From positions 186,001 to 250,000 of the IMG/VR virus record IMGVR_UViG_3300043418_000114: a stretch of DNA of 64,000 nucleotides. One strand, given 5' to 3'. Position 1 is the first letter of the stretch, and every line of letters starts with the position of its first letter. The notes below the pieces were generated by a model. That model saw nothing but the letters and a program-made list of their open reading frames with translations, ran no database searches and was not told the DNA's origin. Shown here piece by piece: positions 23,006-35,136 of the stretch. The position numbers and the translations under genes were made by a program.

Positions 23006-23298
23006 TAGTGGATTGTCTCGCCGAATGAACTATTGATCCAACGCTTTAGTTCTTTCTTTAGGTCTTTCTCGGTATAGCCCATTGCGCCTAAACGCATGAC
23101 CACCTCTGTAAATAGACCTAGTGTAGCTACGCCATATACGTATTCTGGATCTTCATTCTCGTGTTCGAATTCGTCTAGTTGTTCTAGTACGTTCTCGTTC
23201 AAGAATTCGCTTGCTATCTCGGCACTATGTTCAAATTGCCAGTCTTCGTATTCTTCTTCGGTTAATTCCCTTACTTCGATTCCTGACTTTTCGCTCAT
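23005..23298 (-). CDS. Acidic hypothetical protein
   Basis: Glu-rich, 97 aa. Confidence 0.55.
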   Translation of the reverse strand: MSEKSGIEVRELTEEEYEDWQFEHSAEIASEFLNENVLEQLDEFEHENEDPEYVYGVATLGLFTEVVMRLGAMGYTEKDLKKELKRWINSSFGETIH

Positions 23299-23302
23299 AG
23301 TG

Positions 23303-23761
23303 TTACTCCTGAATAGTATCTTTATTTATGACGTATTCGTAGTTGGTTGTCTCTAGATTTTCTCTAAAGATAATAGCACCATTTTTCAAATGAAAACGTC
23401 TTGCCATGTTAGTCTTAGGACTCAGAGTTACAAACCTAGTTACACTTGGGTATTTTTCTTGAATCCCTTTCACCGCCCTAAGCAATAATTCCTTGCCTTT
23501 GCCACTCTTATAAGACCAGATTGTGTAGAAGATTGCAGTCGTAGGGACTTGACTTGTGTTATTCAAGTCAGTTACATCTTCTGGTACAAAATCATGAAAA
23601 CTCACACAAACCATCGCCTCTGGATTCTGTTCCTCGTCTGTCAGGGCGGCAATTAAGCGACCGTTTGATACTCGGAAATCCGCAGGAATCTCAGGACGCA
23701 CTGGATCGTCCTTGATGAATTCCAATAATTTGTGTGTGAGGTCTTGAATGAAGTGAAGCAT
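23303..23761 (-). CDS. GNAT-like hypothetical protein
   Basis: 'FYTIWSY.SGKGKELL...VTLSP...ARRFHLKNGA'. Confidence 0.5.
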   Translation of the reverse strand: MLHFIQDLTHKLLEFIKDDPVRPEIPADFRVSNGRLIAALTDEEQNPEAMVCVSFHDFVPEDVTDLNNTSQVPTTAIFYTIWSYKSGKGKELLLRAVKGIQEKYPSVTRFVTLSPKTNMARRFHLKNGAIIFRENLETTNYEYVINKDTIQE

Positions 23762-25535
23762 AATGTTATTTATACGTATATTATAAAAATCCAAAAAATA
23801 GGGACTTTCGCCCCTAGTACTGGTTACGAGTTCCAGTGCCACTCAATCTTTGTGGTCGGTTACTATTATTTAATCAGATTTGTGTGACAGGCGTGTGACA
23901 ATCTCACGTAATCTTTCGATTTCAGTTGCCGCCTCGTCCAATAAGTTAGCAATTTTGTCCGGTTTGCCTTCTGTTACAGCGAGTCGTCCTGGAATCTGGC
24001 GTCTGATTTCAGCCCGTTTTCTCAGTCTGAATACTAGACTTTGCTCCGCAACTGGTAAATGTGATTCGTCTTTCATCGTTTGAGTTCCTCCCATACTTCC
24101 TGTCGCTCACTGTCGTAAATTCGGTGCAATACAACTAACCAGTTGTATAAGAAAAAGATTACAGGATTAGCAAGTAGGATGTAGAGCCAAAATTGATCCG
24201 GGCGTCCGCCTGATAGTCCAACTATTACTAATGCGCCGACAATAAACTGAGCAATGCCCAGTAAAAACGTGAGGACAATTGCCGCAAACATTTCATCTTC
24301 AATTATATCACGATAACCTTCAATCATGCCATAATTACTGTCGAATAATCGAAATTGAATTCTCTTTAAAATCCATACTATAAAATTCATATCAACTCCT
24401 TAAAATGGGATATCGTCATCCCAGCTAGCTGGATATTCAACTGGCTTAGGCTTAGGCGCTACGTAGTTTTCATCATGGAAGTTATCGAATACTTCTTGGT
24501 AACCACCACTCCAATCACTAACACTACGCAACCTGTCTTGATTATCACACAAGATTTCAACCTTGTCTAAGCTAGAGTAGTCACCGCTAGGGCAGTCATG
24601 AACCGTGACATACCCATCAATGTATGTACCGTTCCAACGACCATTGACCACATGAAAGTCAAAATGGGTGGGACTGTATTCTTGCTCGACATTAACAAGC
24701 AAACTTGGTTTATCTTTTGTACCTAACATTAGTCTCATTCTTCAACTCCGAAATGTTCTTTAATCCTGTGTTCAATCTTTACTGCTACATCGGCATTGAG
24801 TTCTGCCTTGTCCCACATGTCATACGGAACACGGATACATTCCCGAACAATCAACTCGGCGAACTTTTTAGAATTAAACCAAGGTGGACCATATTGTTTC
24901 GGCTCCCAGCATTGCGCTTCAAGTTCTTGAATTCGTTCGTTCATTCGTCATCCTCGTTATAGAAAACTTTGGTATGGTCAGTGATGTTGTAACCACTTAA
25001 ATTTAGTCGGCTTCTTGCAGGAATATCACCACGTACATATTCGTACTTGATAAACTTACCCAACTTGGCATCAATCTCAGCTACAGTACATCCATGCCAT
25101 CCTCTGCCAAGAATGTATTTTACTTTCACCCATTTGACATTGTTTTCAGGTGCACCGGTATAGCAACTTTGAAAACTGTAATAGTCACTATGTCCACCAT
25201 TCATGCTCATAAGAGACAGAGGACGACACCAATCTTCTGGATCAACTGTGTCATTGGCTTCAAGTAATTGCAGTGTTATCATTTAACTACCCTTAATGTT
25301 GTTGGGTCTTCCCTACGCTTGTGCATTTCACACATACCATGACCCTTTTCAAAGAACACGATTGCTGGCATATCTGGCACAGTACAGCCATATCCAATCA
25401 CAGTAGTGATGGATGATTTCGTAGCTAGACTTTTGTTCCAGGGATGACCTACGATGGCACGATGATACTTGCAGTTACAACAGCAACTGCCACTACTGTT
25501 GCCGTCTTCTTCTCGCCATCCCTCGAAGCATAATT

Positions 25536-26051
25536 CTAGCATACTTTACTTTCGTCAATCTTTTCGCACAACGATTCGTACTGTTTAAAACTTACTCCGA
25601 GTGCTTCTAGCCATTTGGTAAAATAACGATCCAGTTCATTGCTTCTGGCATGTTTTCCATAATGATATGTAGCGAAGTCCTTCAGGTTCTGTACCTTATC
25701 AGCAATCAGCATTTCATTGACTTCAAGAATAGGACTCAATTTCAATGGATAATCTGTATCAATCTTGTCGCTTAGATATGCATTGGCAATGTTACGATAT
25801 TCCATCGTTAGGAGCAATACATGTGGCTCAACAAAGGAAGCCATATAGTAGTTCTCTTGCAGGTCTTCATCTGCCTGAAACAATGGATGCAAACAGAATG
25901 CCTTCTTGGTTGTTTCTACTGCACCGATTTCTTTTAGAATAATCAAGCCTTCGTTGATGTGATTAATCAGAGGGACCTGACTGCGCTTGGCAACACGGTC
26001 GCCATAGTGCTTGGCAATCAACTTGTATTCGACAGAATTTTTGATACTCAT
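25536..26051 (-). CDS. HD-domain-like hypothetical protein
   Basis: 'PLINH...AFCLHP...LIADKVQN'. Confidence 0.4.
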   Translation of the reverse strand: MSIKNSVEYKLIAKHYGDRVAKRSQVPLINHINEGLIILKEIGAVETTKKAFCLHPLFQADEDLQENYYMASFVEPHVLLLTMEYRNIANAYLSDKIDTDYPLKLSPILEVNEMLIADKVQNLKDFATYHYGKHARSNELDRYFTKWLEALGVSFKQYESLCEKIDESKVC

Positions 26052-26200
26052 GTTACCACCCTATATCGTGAGTGCGGATACGTTTCAACAAGCCATTCTA
26101 ACAGGTCTTCGCTGTATGGCAATCTGATTGAATCATATTTGTTTGTGATGTACATAAAAGAAAAGGGCGAACAAGTCGCCCTCTCACATGGGAGCAACTG

Positions 26201-26626
26201 TTATGCAGTTTGTGTTTCGGCAGTGTCTGCTTCTTGAGTAGTGGCAGTAGCACGTGCTTTGATTGCGTCAAGAGAGAGTTCAACCTTGACTTCTTTTTGC
26301 TTTGCAGGCTTGGCGGTACGCTCAGAGAGAGCTTCTTGAATAGTTGCCTGATCTGCGGGAGATTGGAAATCTGCATGTTGAGCCAAGAAAGCAAGTGCTT
26401 GCTCTTTAGTCATTGCGTTAGGCAATTCGACCAGGTCAACACGTTTGCTGTCCAGGAAGCCATCACCACGACCACCCAGATCATAAGAGACACCGATCTT
26501 GCGATCAGAGGACAGAGTTTTCACAAGACGGATCATGTCGTTACCATAGCGAACTTTGGTAACAGTGACATTCTCGCGAGAGTGAGTAGTAATACCAGCA
26601 ACAGTAAAAAGTTTAGAAGTAGACAT
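26201..26626 (-). CDS. Hypothetical protein
   Basis: SD before MSTSKLF; promoter at 26707-26735. Confidence 0.6.
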   Translation of the reverse strand: MSTSKLFTVAGITTHSRENVTVTKVRYGNDMIRLVKTLSSDRKIGVSYDLGGRGDGFLDSKRVDLVELPNAMTKEQALAFLAQHADFQSPADQATIQEALSERTAKPAKQKEVKVELSLDAIKARATATTQEADTAETQTA

Positions 26627-26752
26627 ATATTTCTCTTTCAAGATAACACCTGAGATTAAAATATCGTAATTGCTGTCAGGCACCACAATCACGACTTGGA
26701 ATAATTAGTATAAGTGGAACGGTATCAAATGTCAACAGTATCTTACCAGAAA

Positions 26753-27823
26753 TTAAACCATTTTGTATCCAACGGAAAACTTCATTGCATTTTTGTAGCT
26801 TTCCAGCAACACAATGCGTTGATCTTCACTAGGAACTGTGTTAGATTTCAACGGAGACAAGTCAATATTAAAACTTTTGCTTACATCTTCGATATTGCAA
26901 TCTGGATGAATTAATGGCAAGCAATCATTATAGATTGATTCAATGAATCTGTAATTGGAGAAACAATGAGAATCGTAGCTAGGCAACATGAACGTAAACT
27001 TAGAACGTTTCACTTTGTCAAGGTACTCATTCCCTGGAATATGTGAGTTCTCGCCAGTGAATTCATTTTTGCAATACACGTTTGCGACCTTGAATTGACT
27101 AGCAATATTATTGACATATTCTGGATAATGTTCACGACCGCTATCATCTAGAATTGTATATCCAAACGTGAAGTCGTAGCACTTGTCTACTGCTTCCTCG
27201 AATAGTGGATTCTGCTTCGCTTCAAAATAATATTGCAGACTATCTAATCGATTCGCGTTGTACTTAGGAATGTCGTATCCGTGATACAGATAGAAGTTGT
27301 CGCCAACAGCAACGTCCGTATGAAATAAGTCACAACTCATTTCATTTGGATCATATGCCATTTCATGCAGAGGAATTCCATACTCACGATGTGCTTTCAA
27401 CATAGCAAGAATGTTGGTCAAGTGAGTGCCGAGAGATTCAAACTTGATCTGTCCACCATCATGTGGGAAAACACCCTTACGCTTTTGGTGACGACCGATA
27501 TTGCTATTGTGAAAATCTAGTCCACCAATGATATACAAGGCATCGTAGTCCTTCAAGAATGCTGGGTTAATATCGTTGTAGATATCAATCCACTTGTCAA
27601 ACTTTTTTGCCTCGTTATCGTAGTATAGACGATAGCTATCATTCATTTCATTGATGCGAATCATTGAATGCTGTTCGATCAACTTCTTTGATGCGGGTGA
27701 TTTCTTACTAGTGAGTAAATCGATTTGATCGTGGTGATGTTTCAGAATAGTGAAGTGGCGACAGATGTTCGGGCCTTCTCGACCATCAATCGCACGTGTT
27801 GTATAAAATAGACATTTTGACAT
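26753..27823 (-). CDS. Putative GT-B glycosyltransferase
   Basis: C-terminal 'YLDKVKRSKFT.MLPSY...SNYRFIESI...CLP'. Confidence 0.5.
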   Translation of the reverse strand: MSKCLFYTTRAIDGREGPNICRHFTILKHHHDQIDLLTSKKSPASKKLIEQHSMIRINEMNDSYRLYYDNEAKKFDKWIDIYNDINPAFLKDYDALYIIGGLDFHNSNIGRHQKRKGVFPHDGGQIKFESLGTHLTNILAMLKAHREYGIPLHEMAYDPNEMSCDLFHTDVAVGDNFYLYHGYDIPKYNANRLDSLQYYFEAKQNPLFEEAVDKCYDFTFGYTILDDSGREHYPEYVNNIASQFKVANVYCKNEFTGENSHIPGNEYLDKVKRSKFTFMLPSYDSHCFSNYRFIESIYNDCLPLIHPDCNIEDVSKSFNIDLSPLKSNTVPSEDQRIVLLESYKNAMKFSVGYKMV

Positions 27824-28157
27824 ACTGTTACTTATAGTGGTCGAACCACTGAAAACTAATTCTTCGCCAAGGCTGATACCATGTGAAATAGCCGCCAGTC
27901 AAGTGGACCATACGAACCCCAAACTTTCCAATCTGGAGTTCGTATGCAGTAGCGCCTTTAATACAGCCAATGTAAATCATGCCCACCTCAATTGATATAA
28001 GGTATATTGAATATCAGTTAGCCTCAACCCATACTTTCCAGTACTGGGTTGGTGGGTAGATTTATAGTCATCATTCCACACTGCCCTGCACCAAGCGTGT
28101 ATTTCTTGATATGCAGGTACACGAAGGTGTCTCAAATCAACATATGTTAGATGCACT

Positions 28158-29063
28158 TCAATTTCCTTCTACAAAGTTACGAACCCATGCTAAACGAGCT
28201 TGCTCGTCCATAGCAGTGTACTCAACAATGTTGGCACGAATAGCGTCAACAAGTGGATAATACTCCTCGTCTAGGTTTTGCTTGATATCTTTGTTCATAT
28301 CAACCAATTTATCTGTACGAGGATTACGTGCTACCCACTTAGAGGTCAAGTAGTAAGGACTCTTGATCTTGGAGCTAACTCCATCTTGTGTATAGAACAC
28401 ATAGCCTTCATGCTTACATTCCTTGACTAAGTTCTTTAGTTGAGCCAGATTAGTTGTTACACTTTCTGGTACAAAACAGTTGAACATTGCGCCAAGTTCT
28501 TTCAACATGAAAACATCATGACCTACCTTAGAACCCCATGCGTTCTCACGATGACCCAAGATGTACATACCTGGCTTTTCAATCACGATATGTGGATCGT
28601 TAGGATGTACGCACTCAAACATGAAAGTCATGTCACGGCAGTCGTCACCCATGAGTGCCATTTGCCAGTCTGTCCAAGGCATGTGCTTTAGCATCATTTC
28701 TTTTGCCATGGTAACAAAATCACTGTCAGTAGAACCAGTAGTAGATACCAATACATCGCCATTGTGCCAAGTCACTGAAACCATAAAGCCATTGACCTTA
28801 CGGAAAGCAGTCACTTGAGTATCATCGGACAACACAGGTGCTTCTTTTTCGATACCATAATTGTAGATTTTTGTGAATGGATATGCAACTAGGTTGAAAT
28901 CCTTGTCAACAATCGTACCACGGCATTCAGCAATGTAGTCGTTCCACAAGTTATCGTAGAACACTTTCTTCTTGTACTTTAACACATAGATGCCGTCGCC
29001 AGCCTCTTTCATGTTCACAAGGCCAGAAGTCTCTACGTAGTTTTTCAATTCATCTTTAAACAT
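28158..29063 (-). CDS. Rnl1-like RNA ligase
   Basis: 'ECRG.I.D...VAYPF.KIYN', motif I KVNG, 'TFMFE', 'HEGYV', 'KIKSPYY'. Confidence 0.8.
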   Translation of the reverse strand: MFKDELKNYVETSGLVNMKEAGDGIYVLKYKKKVFYDNLWNDYIAECRGTIVDKDFNLVAYPFTKIYNYGIEKEAPVLSDDTQVTAFRKVNGFMVSVTWHNGDVLVSTTGSTDSDFVTMAKEMMLKHMPWTDWQMALMGDDCRDMTFMFECVHPNDPHIVIEKPGMYILGHRENAWGSKVGHDVFMLKELGAMFNCFVPESVTTNLAQLKNLVKECKHEGYVFYTQDGVSSKIKSPYYLTSKWVARNPRTDKLVDMNKDIKQNLDEEYYPLVDAIRANIVEYTAMDEQARLAWVRNFVEGN

Positions 29064-31302
29064 CTTTAGTTCCATTTTGTTGAAGACTAGATACGTATTT
29101 TACATCATACCATCCAATTGAGCAATACTTTCTATCAAGTATTTCTGCTTGCAGACGTTTGCCGTTGTCATATTTGACAGAAAGCAACACATATCCATCT
29201 TCACCTTTTTTGCCATCAAGTAGCACAAATTCGCCAATGTCTTGTAGAGTAATTGCAGTCATTCCTCAACTCCGAAAATGTTCCTCTACACGATACGATA
29301 GTGTTCCAGTATCTTCTCCACGGTTGTTGCGAAGTATAGTCTGAAATTCTTCCACCATCAACTCGGCGAACTTTTCCAAGTACCACGCTGGAATATTCAT
29401 GGTATGAGTGGTTGAACCGTGATGTGTTGCCTGTTCAGCAAGTTGCTTAATTCGTTCGTTCATTTCACAATCTCCACTCGACCTTCGTCGATCATTTTAT
29501 CCCACGCTTGGCAACGATATCCGTTGCAAAAACTTTTGTACACTGTACCGTCTTTTTTGATTTTCTCAAAATTGTAGCTTTGACGGCGAGGGTCTTCTTT
29601 GTCTTTGCCGTAGCAGAATGGGGCCCAGATATGTTTCACACGATACAACCCAGTCTTCCAGTCATCACATTTGTGAATACCTGGAATAGTTTCATTCAGT
29701 TTTACAACATCACCGACTTTGAGTTTGAACATTACTTTGCTCCTAGTTTAGCTATCATACGTTGTTGTGCAATGAACAGTGCCTTGGCTTGGTCTTCGTT
29801 ATTGATTCTTTGTGCCTTGGCGGCATCACGATATTCAATAACTAGATCAGCACAGATTGTAACACATTCCCGAATAAGCAACTCGGCAAACTTCTCAAGA
29901 TGCGGCGCGATGCACAATTCAGTGCCGTATTCCAGATGATACTCTGGAATTTTAGCCTTTTCTGCAAGTTCTTTAAATTGTTTGTTCATTATTCAACTCC
30001 GAAATGTTCTTTGATTCTGTCTTTAACAACTTGGGAAATATTGCCATTTATACCATCTTCACGAGTATACCAAACCTGATCTATACATTCCCGAACAATC
30101 AGCTGGGCGTGTTTACCAGCGGCAATGGCATAGTAAATGTCATTGTATCTGCGTTCAGCAGGCACAACGCTGTCTGCATATTCAATAGCCTGCATGTACA
30201 GTTCTTGAATTCGTTCGCTCATAATATTACCGTTGAGTAAAAAGTCGGTCATCCACAAACAGCGTATACTCATGCTCTGCTATTCCGGGAATAGGATCGG
30301 AGACACTGATCATTACTTTGAGTTTCTTTCCTAGAAAGAAGTCAATCAATGTATGCAGGTCTTCTTCTACAACAGCATTATGCTGATATCCGTATTGCTC
30401 AAGTTTAACTGAGCCTGCCCAAGAGAAAATTAAAACTTTGTTCATTTTACAGTCCAAGTAGTTCACGTTCTTCGTCACTAAGCAGTTCATTTACCTTACG
30501 TTGAGCTTCACGCTTAACTTCTAGTCGGCGTTGTGCTTCTCGTTGTTCTTCTTCAAGTTGATCAAGTTTCCATTCCAGACTATCTAAAGTGTCTTGAGTG
30601 TCAACATTCCAACTATAGCTAAGTTCATATTCGGAGTCATATCGTTCACGACTATTCTTCACCACGAACAATCCATTTCGCACTTTAAGATCCATGTCGT
30701 ATTGATTGTTCAGGCGCTCGAATGCCGCCATCAATCGCGCAGGATACTCACGAGCCTGCTCTGCCAAACGATTTACTTCTGCTTGACGTTCACGCTCTTG
30801 GCGTTCAGCTTTTGTTTCTTTTGCCATATCTTTTGCCCAGTTACGTGCGTCACGTTGTTTTGTAGTTTCACGTACCATTTTAGGCTCCTAGTTACATATA
30901 TTTCAATTCGTCCAGTGCTTCTGCATATGCAGATGCTTCATATTGTTCCATCAGATTGGAAGTAGGACTAGTGCTTTGTGCAGGATAACGTGCTTTGCTC
31001 ATAACACGATCAAGCAATGTTTCACGTGCCTGTTCGATTGTGCAAACTTCTTCGCCTTCGCGTGGAGTAAATGAATACACCAACATGGTAGCTACTTTCA
31101 ATCGTGCCGCATTGTGAAATGCATCGAGGCCCCAGCTAAGTGCGTGTGCAGGATCTTTATCCAAGGCTTCTTTGAATTTGTCGATTTTTGCTTGAGCTTG
31201 CTCGGCGATTGCGGTGAACTTCTTGAGTGCTTTGGCTGACATTTTGGGCTCCAGTGTGTTAAACAATGACTGTATTATATGCCCAAAATGTTTTGTTGTC
31301 AA
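29056..31302 (-). other. Block of small hypothetical genes, including three MNERI/EKFAEL paralogs
   Basis: Tandem ORFs; promoter at 31274-31302. Confidence 0.55.
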
Positions 31303-31307
31303 CCGTT

Positions 31308-31772
31308 TTACTGAGCGTACCAGATTTCTTTGAAGCCTTCGTCTTCGGTAGGAGGATCGTAACTCTCAATCATGTTTTTCATCACATGCTCAGGAATGTT
31401 TTTGCCAACTCGTGAGTTCAATCGACGATCATGTTCTTCCTTCTCAGGAGTCTTAAAGACCACCGCGATAAACTCATAACCAGGCAACATATTGAACTTG
31501 CGTTCACGACTGCGAATGGTAGTAGAAGTCTGGTCCCAGATCACATCCAAGTTGTTTGCATGACAGACTGCCGCCTGATTAGCCATCAACTTAACAGCAA
31601 TAGGCATGTAGTCTTTGAACACTTCATTGTAAGTCTTGCCTTGGCGAACTGCCTCAGCTTCAACGAAATTGTCAGTAGAAACAACAGGCATGTCCTTGGT
31701 CCAATCTTGGTTCTTAATCCAAGTAGACTTGCCTGCGGCAGGCACACCAATCAACATATAACACTTAGGCAT
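31308..31772 (-). CDS. P-loop kinase, polynucleotide-kinase-like (AAA_33)
   Basis: GVPAAGKST, 'VSTD', 'VIWDQT', 'RR..SR...IPE'. Confidence 0.8.
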   Translation of the reverse strand: MPKCYMLIGVPAAGKSTWIKNQDWTKDMPVVSTDNFVEAEAVRQGKTYNEVFKDYMPIAVKLMANQAAVCHANNLDVIWDQTSTTIRSRERKFNMLPGYEFIAVVFKTPEKEEHDRRLNSRVGKNIPEHVMKNMIESYDPPTEDEGFKEIWYAQ

Positions 31773-31781
31773 ATTTTCTCC

Positions 31782-32189
31782 TTACTGAAACACTGTCTTT
31801 GCTACGGTTGATGCCAACTTGCCGTCATACTGACCGGCATATGCTTCTTTCAAATGTTTCATGAATGAAGGCATGCTCTCGTGATGGAGGGCAATTTCAC
31901 GAAGGGCGCCTTCTCCAAGTTGCTGAGGCAAAAACTGTTCCAAAACTTCGCGTTCGACCACGAATTCAACGAATAGTTGATTACGAGCTTGAAGGGCGGC
32001 AATGGTTTCATCGATATTCTTGATGAATTTCTTTACCACAGCAACAACTTCTTGGTCAGTAGTTTCTCGATTGGCATTCTTACCAACCATGCTAGCTTCG
32101 CCCAACAGCGTAGTCAACAGACTCGCTTGTGGATCACCGGACTTACGTGCGGCAACTTGTCTTGTTTTGATTTGTTCCATCAATGTCAT
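31782..32189 (-). CDS. GatB/YqeY-domain protein
   Basis: 'L.EQIK....AARK...DQEVVAVVKK.IK...LE.FLPQQL...YAGQYDGK'. Confidence 0.75.
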   Translation of the reverse strand: MTLMEQIKTRQVAARKSGDPQASLLTTLLGEASMVGKNANRETTDQEVVAVVKKFIKNIDETIAALQARNQLFVEFVVEREVLEQFLPQQLGEGALREIALHHESMPSFMKHLKEAYAGQYDGKLASTVAKTVFQ

Positions 32190-32199
32190 TTTGTTTTCC

Positions 32200-32742
32200 T
32201 TAGTGATGGGCGCGAATTTCGCCCTTTAATGCATCAGCAATCATATCATCTAAATTGCTAACTACTCGACCAGTTGCGTCAAATGCAACATCACGGGCAC
32301 GATATTTCTCCATGCCAGTTTTGTTACCATGAACATGTCCATAGAAATGAACACTGCCACGATGCATTTGGTCCCATTCCCAGATAGGGTAGTGCAACAT
32401 AATCACGATTTGTCCATTGTGATTATAACGCAAATATTGATGAACTTCTTTAAACTGAAGGCGAAACAATTCATCCTGCAACAATTTGCGGTCATGATTG
32501 CCTTCAATCAAAATCTTTTCACCATTTAATCTGCATAAGATATCAACTGCATCTTTTGCAGGCAAGAAAGCAAAGTCACCCAAGATGAATGTTTCATCTT
32601 CTGGAGCTACCTTACTGTTCCACTCTGCAATCATCTTCTCTCGCATATCTTCTACATCCTTAAAGCCTGCCCGAGTTACTGGACAGAACTTCATGATGTT
32701 TGCGTGACCGAAATGCAGGTCACTTGTAATCCATTTTGTCAT
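32200..32742 (-). CDS. Calcineurin-like metallophosphoesterase
   Basis: SDLHFGH, LGDF, GNHD, HYP and GHVH motifs. Confidence 0.9.
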   Translation of the reverse strand: MTKWITSDLHFGHANIMKFCPVTRAGFKDVEDMREKMIAEWNSKVAPEDETFILGDFAFLPAKDAVDILCRLNGEKILIEGNHDRKLLQDELFRLQFKEVHQYLRYNHNGQIVIMLHYPIWEWDQMHRGSVHFYGHVHGNKTGMEKYRARDVAFDATGRVVSNLDDMIADALKGEIRAHH

Positions 32743-33421
32743 TTTGTTGTCTTTCTTAAACTTTTCTCAAACCATTCAGTTAGGTATGAGTTTTGACTAG
32801 TAACATTGTCCTCGTAGAACTCTTGTTCTGCGGCAACACGAATCATAGTGTATAACTCAGTGATGCGTTGTGGATGATCGAATCCTTGACGCACTTGCTT
32901 ACGAAATACGCGAGTCAAGAACCAACGTTCAAATTTTGTCATACGTATTCCTTATTCAAACGTTCACGTGCGGCACTTGCGAATTCGCTGATGTTACCAC
33001 ACTTATCTTCCCAACGCAACAGATTTCGACAAGTGTAACCAATGTCACGCTTATTGTAGCAAACTGCTTCCTGATTTACTTCACCATTAACCAACACACG
33101 GCAGTGATAGTTGCCATTGATATTGCGAACAGTTACTTCATGTTCTACTGCACCAACGAGACAACGCTGGATGCGAATGAGTTGTTTATATCGTTCCATG
33201 TTATTCTCCAATGTACTCACGAACCCATTCAAACTTAGCTTCGCTAGCTTTGACCCATTTGAATTGTTCACGGCGTCTGTTAATCTTGTCAAAGTCGAAA
33301 CATATAAAGATCCAACCTTTGTCCTCTGAGAACATGACGGTATCTTGGACTTTGACAATCTGTACGATTTTGTCTTTCATCTTTGCTACAATCATCATTA
33401 TGTTCTCCGGTTAATGCATGT

Positions 33422-33450
33422 ATTATATAACCAATTCCATTTAATGTCAA
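33422..33450 (-). promoter_or_regulatory. sigma70-type early promoter (repeat family)
   Basis: TTGACA-TTAAATGGAATTGGTTA-TATAAT. Confidence 0.8.
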
Positions 33451-34224
33451 CCGAATCTTGCTTTGTCAGGAAAGAGTCGTCTTGCATCAATTCTAGCCTG
33501 TAGATAAGTTTCTACCACTTGAGTATCCATTTTCTTAAATCCAGATTTAAGCAAAAAGAATAATTCATCCTTCTCAGACTCTACAGTAACTGCGTGTACA
33601 TCACCTTCGCTGATTTTGGCAACTGAGTTGCAAATAAATGTTATCTGCACTCCCAGTTCTCGTGTTAACACATCAGGTCCAGTCATGTCACCTGGGACAT
33701 AATCATACTGATAGGTATTAGGAACGTCAACGTAGAATACGTAGCTCATGTGCGTTCTCGTTGTACTCGGCCTATACGTGCTGACTTGTTCCAGTCATAC
33801 TTTACACCGTCAGGAGTCTTACCGTCTACAACAGAGTCAACTCCAAACATACCCACGATTTCAAAGTCCGGACCTGTGATAGTCACAAACTCGTTCATCT
33901 TCTTTGCGTACTTCATAGCTTCGTCCAACGACAAAACTTCATGTTCTACACTCTTACCTTTTACTTTATACATTAAAGTCATTTAAACTTATCCTTTTCA
34001 ATCCATACTTGTTTGATATTTCTATGTGATCGGCAATTGCCTCTTTCTTTGTTTTATATCGTCCTAACACCGCACTCTCACCATTACCATAAAAGATACA
34101 ACTTTCATATGGGGCATACTTATACAAGTCGCCATCTAATTCAACTGTGCTTAGTGAGATATCAGCTGGGAACATCCAAACATGATCATCGCTTACAATT
34201 TGCCAACGCTTGCTATGCATACTA

Positions 34225-34731
34225 TTAAGTGTCACCAAGTTGTTGCGGACTACGCTTAGGGATGATAAGTCCGGATTCAAGTTCGATTCCATTAATTGTA
34301 TGAGGCTCGTTTTCGTCATAAGTCCATCCCAATGCTTTCATCATCTTGTGCTTTACTAGCAAGTTAGGACTGCGAAACACTTCTGTGTCTTGAAATCCCA
34401 TCATTACGCCAATCTCACAAACTGCGCCACTACGACACACACCGGCATGACAATGAACAATCACGTTCATGTGATTTTCTTGTGCATGTTGTAGCAATCG
34501 AACTAGTTCATCGGCTTGCTCTTGACTGCATCTCCATGCTTCGTCAAGTGAGTAATCATTTGCTTCAATATCAAGAAACTCAAACTGATGAACTTCTTTG
34601 AATTTGTACAAGGGAGTAGGAAATTCATAAGCAGGATCAACAATTTGAATCAGCATTGCATTGTCGCCAGGGTTGATATGAAACCCTTTCTTGATATCAC
34701 TGAGTGATACGTTTTGAATCCACATTGTCAA
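34225..34731 (-). CDS. Cys-based (PTP/DSP-type) phosphatase
   Basis: VHCHAGVCRS (CX5R). Confidence 0.85.
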   Translation of the reverse strand: MTMWIQNVSLSDIKKGFHINPGDNAMLIQIVDPAYEFPTPLYKFKEVHQFEFLDIEANDYSLDEAWRCSQEQADELVRLLQHAQENHMNVIVHCHAGVCRSGAVCEIGVMMGFQDTEVFRSPNLLVKHKMMKALGWTYDENEPHTINGIELESGLIIPKRSPQQLGDT

Positions 34732-35135
34732 TCCTCTCGAAACATTTTAATCATGGGTCCGTCAAGATAATCTCGACCTGGATCCATGTCACTGTAAACA
34801 GTCTTACTACCAAACTTCTTTTTCAATCGTTCATATTCAGCTAGTTCTTTGGCTTCTTTCGCCGCCTTGTCGGCTTTGTTTTTTGCTTTAGTTTTAGCTT
34901 CAACTGCGAGTCGTGCGTTATATTCTTTGTCAGTTTCTTCACGGCGTTCACGCAACTTTAATTCTTTGCCACCATCATAGCCGTAGTGTTCGATATCGAA
35001 ATACACATCACGATTGCCCATTTCTTCTCGGAGTGCCTTCATGCGTTCGATGATTTCCTCAGGAGTTCTACCGTCAAACTCACAGAAGTCAACATACTCA
35101 TTTGCTTCAACATCTAAAATTTTACGTTTGCTCAT
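34728..35135 (-). CDS. Hypothetical protein
   Basis: SD GGAG before MSKRK. Confidence 0.55.
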   Translation of the reverse strand: MSKRKILDVEANEYVDFCEFDGRTPEEIIERMKALREEMGNRDVYFDIEHYGYDGGKELKLRERREETDKEYNARLAVEAKTKAKNKADKAAKEAKELAEYERLKKKFGSKTVYSDMDPGRDYLDGPMIKMFRED

Positions 35136-35136
35136 A

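Noticed and set aside
27827-27980. Hairpin CATACGAAC/GTTCGTATG as an ncRNA
   Set aside because: It lies within a 50-codon ORF translationally coupled to the upstream gene, with no other support.
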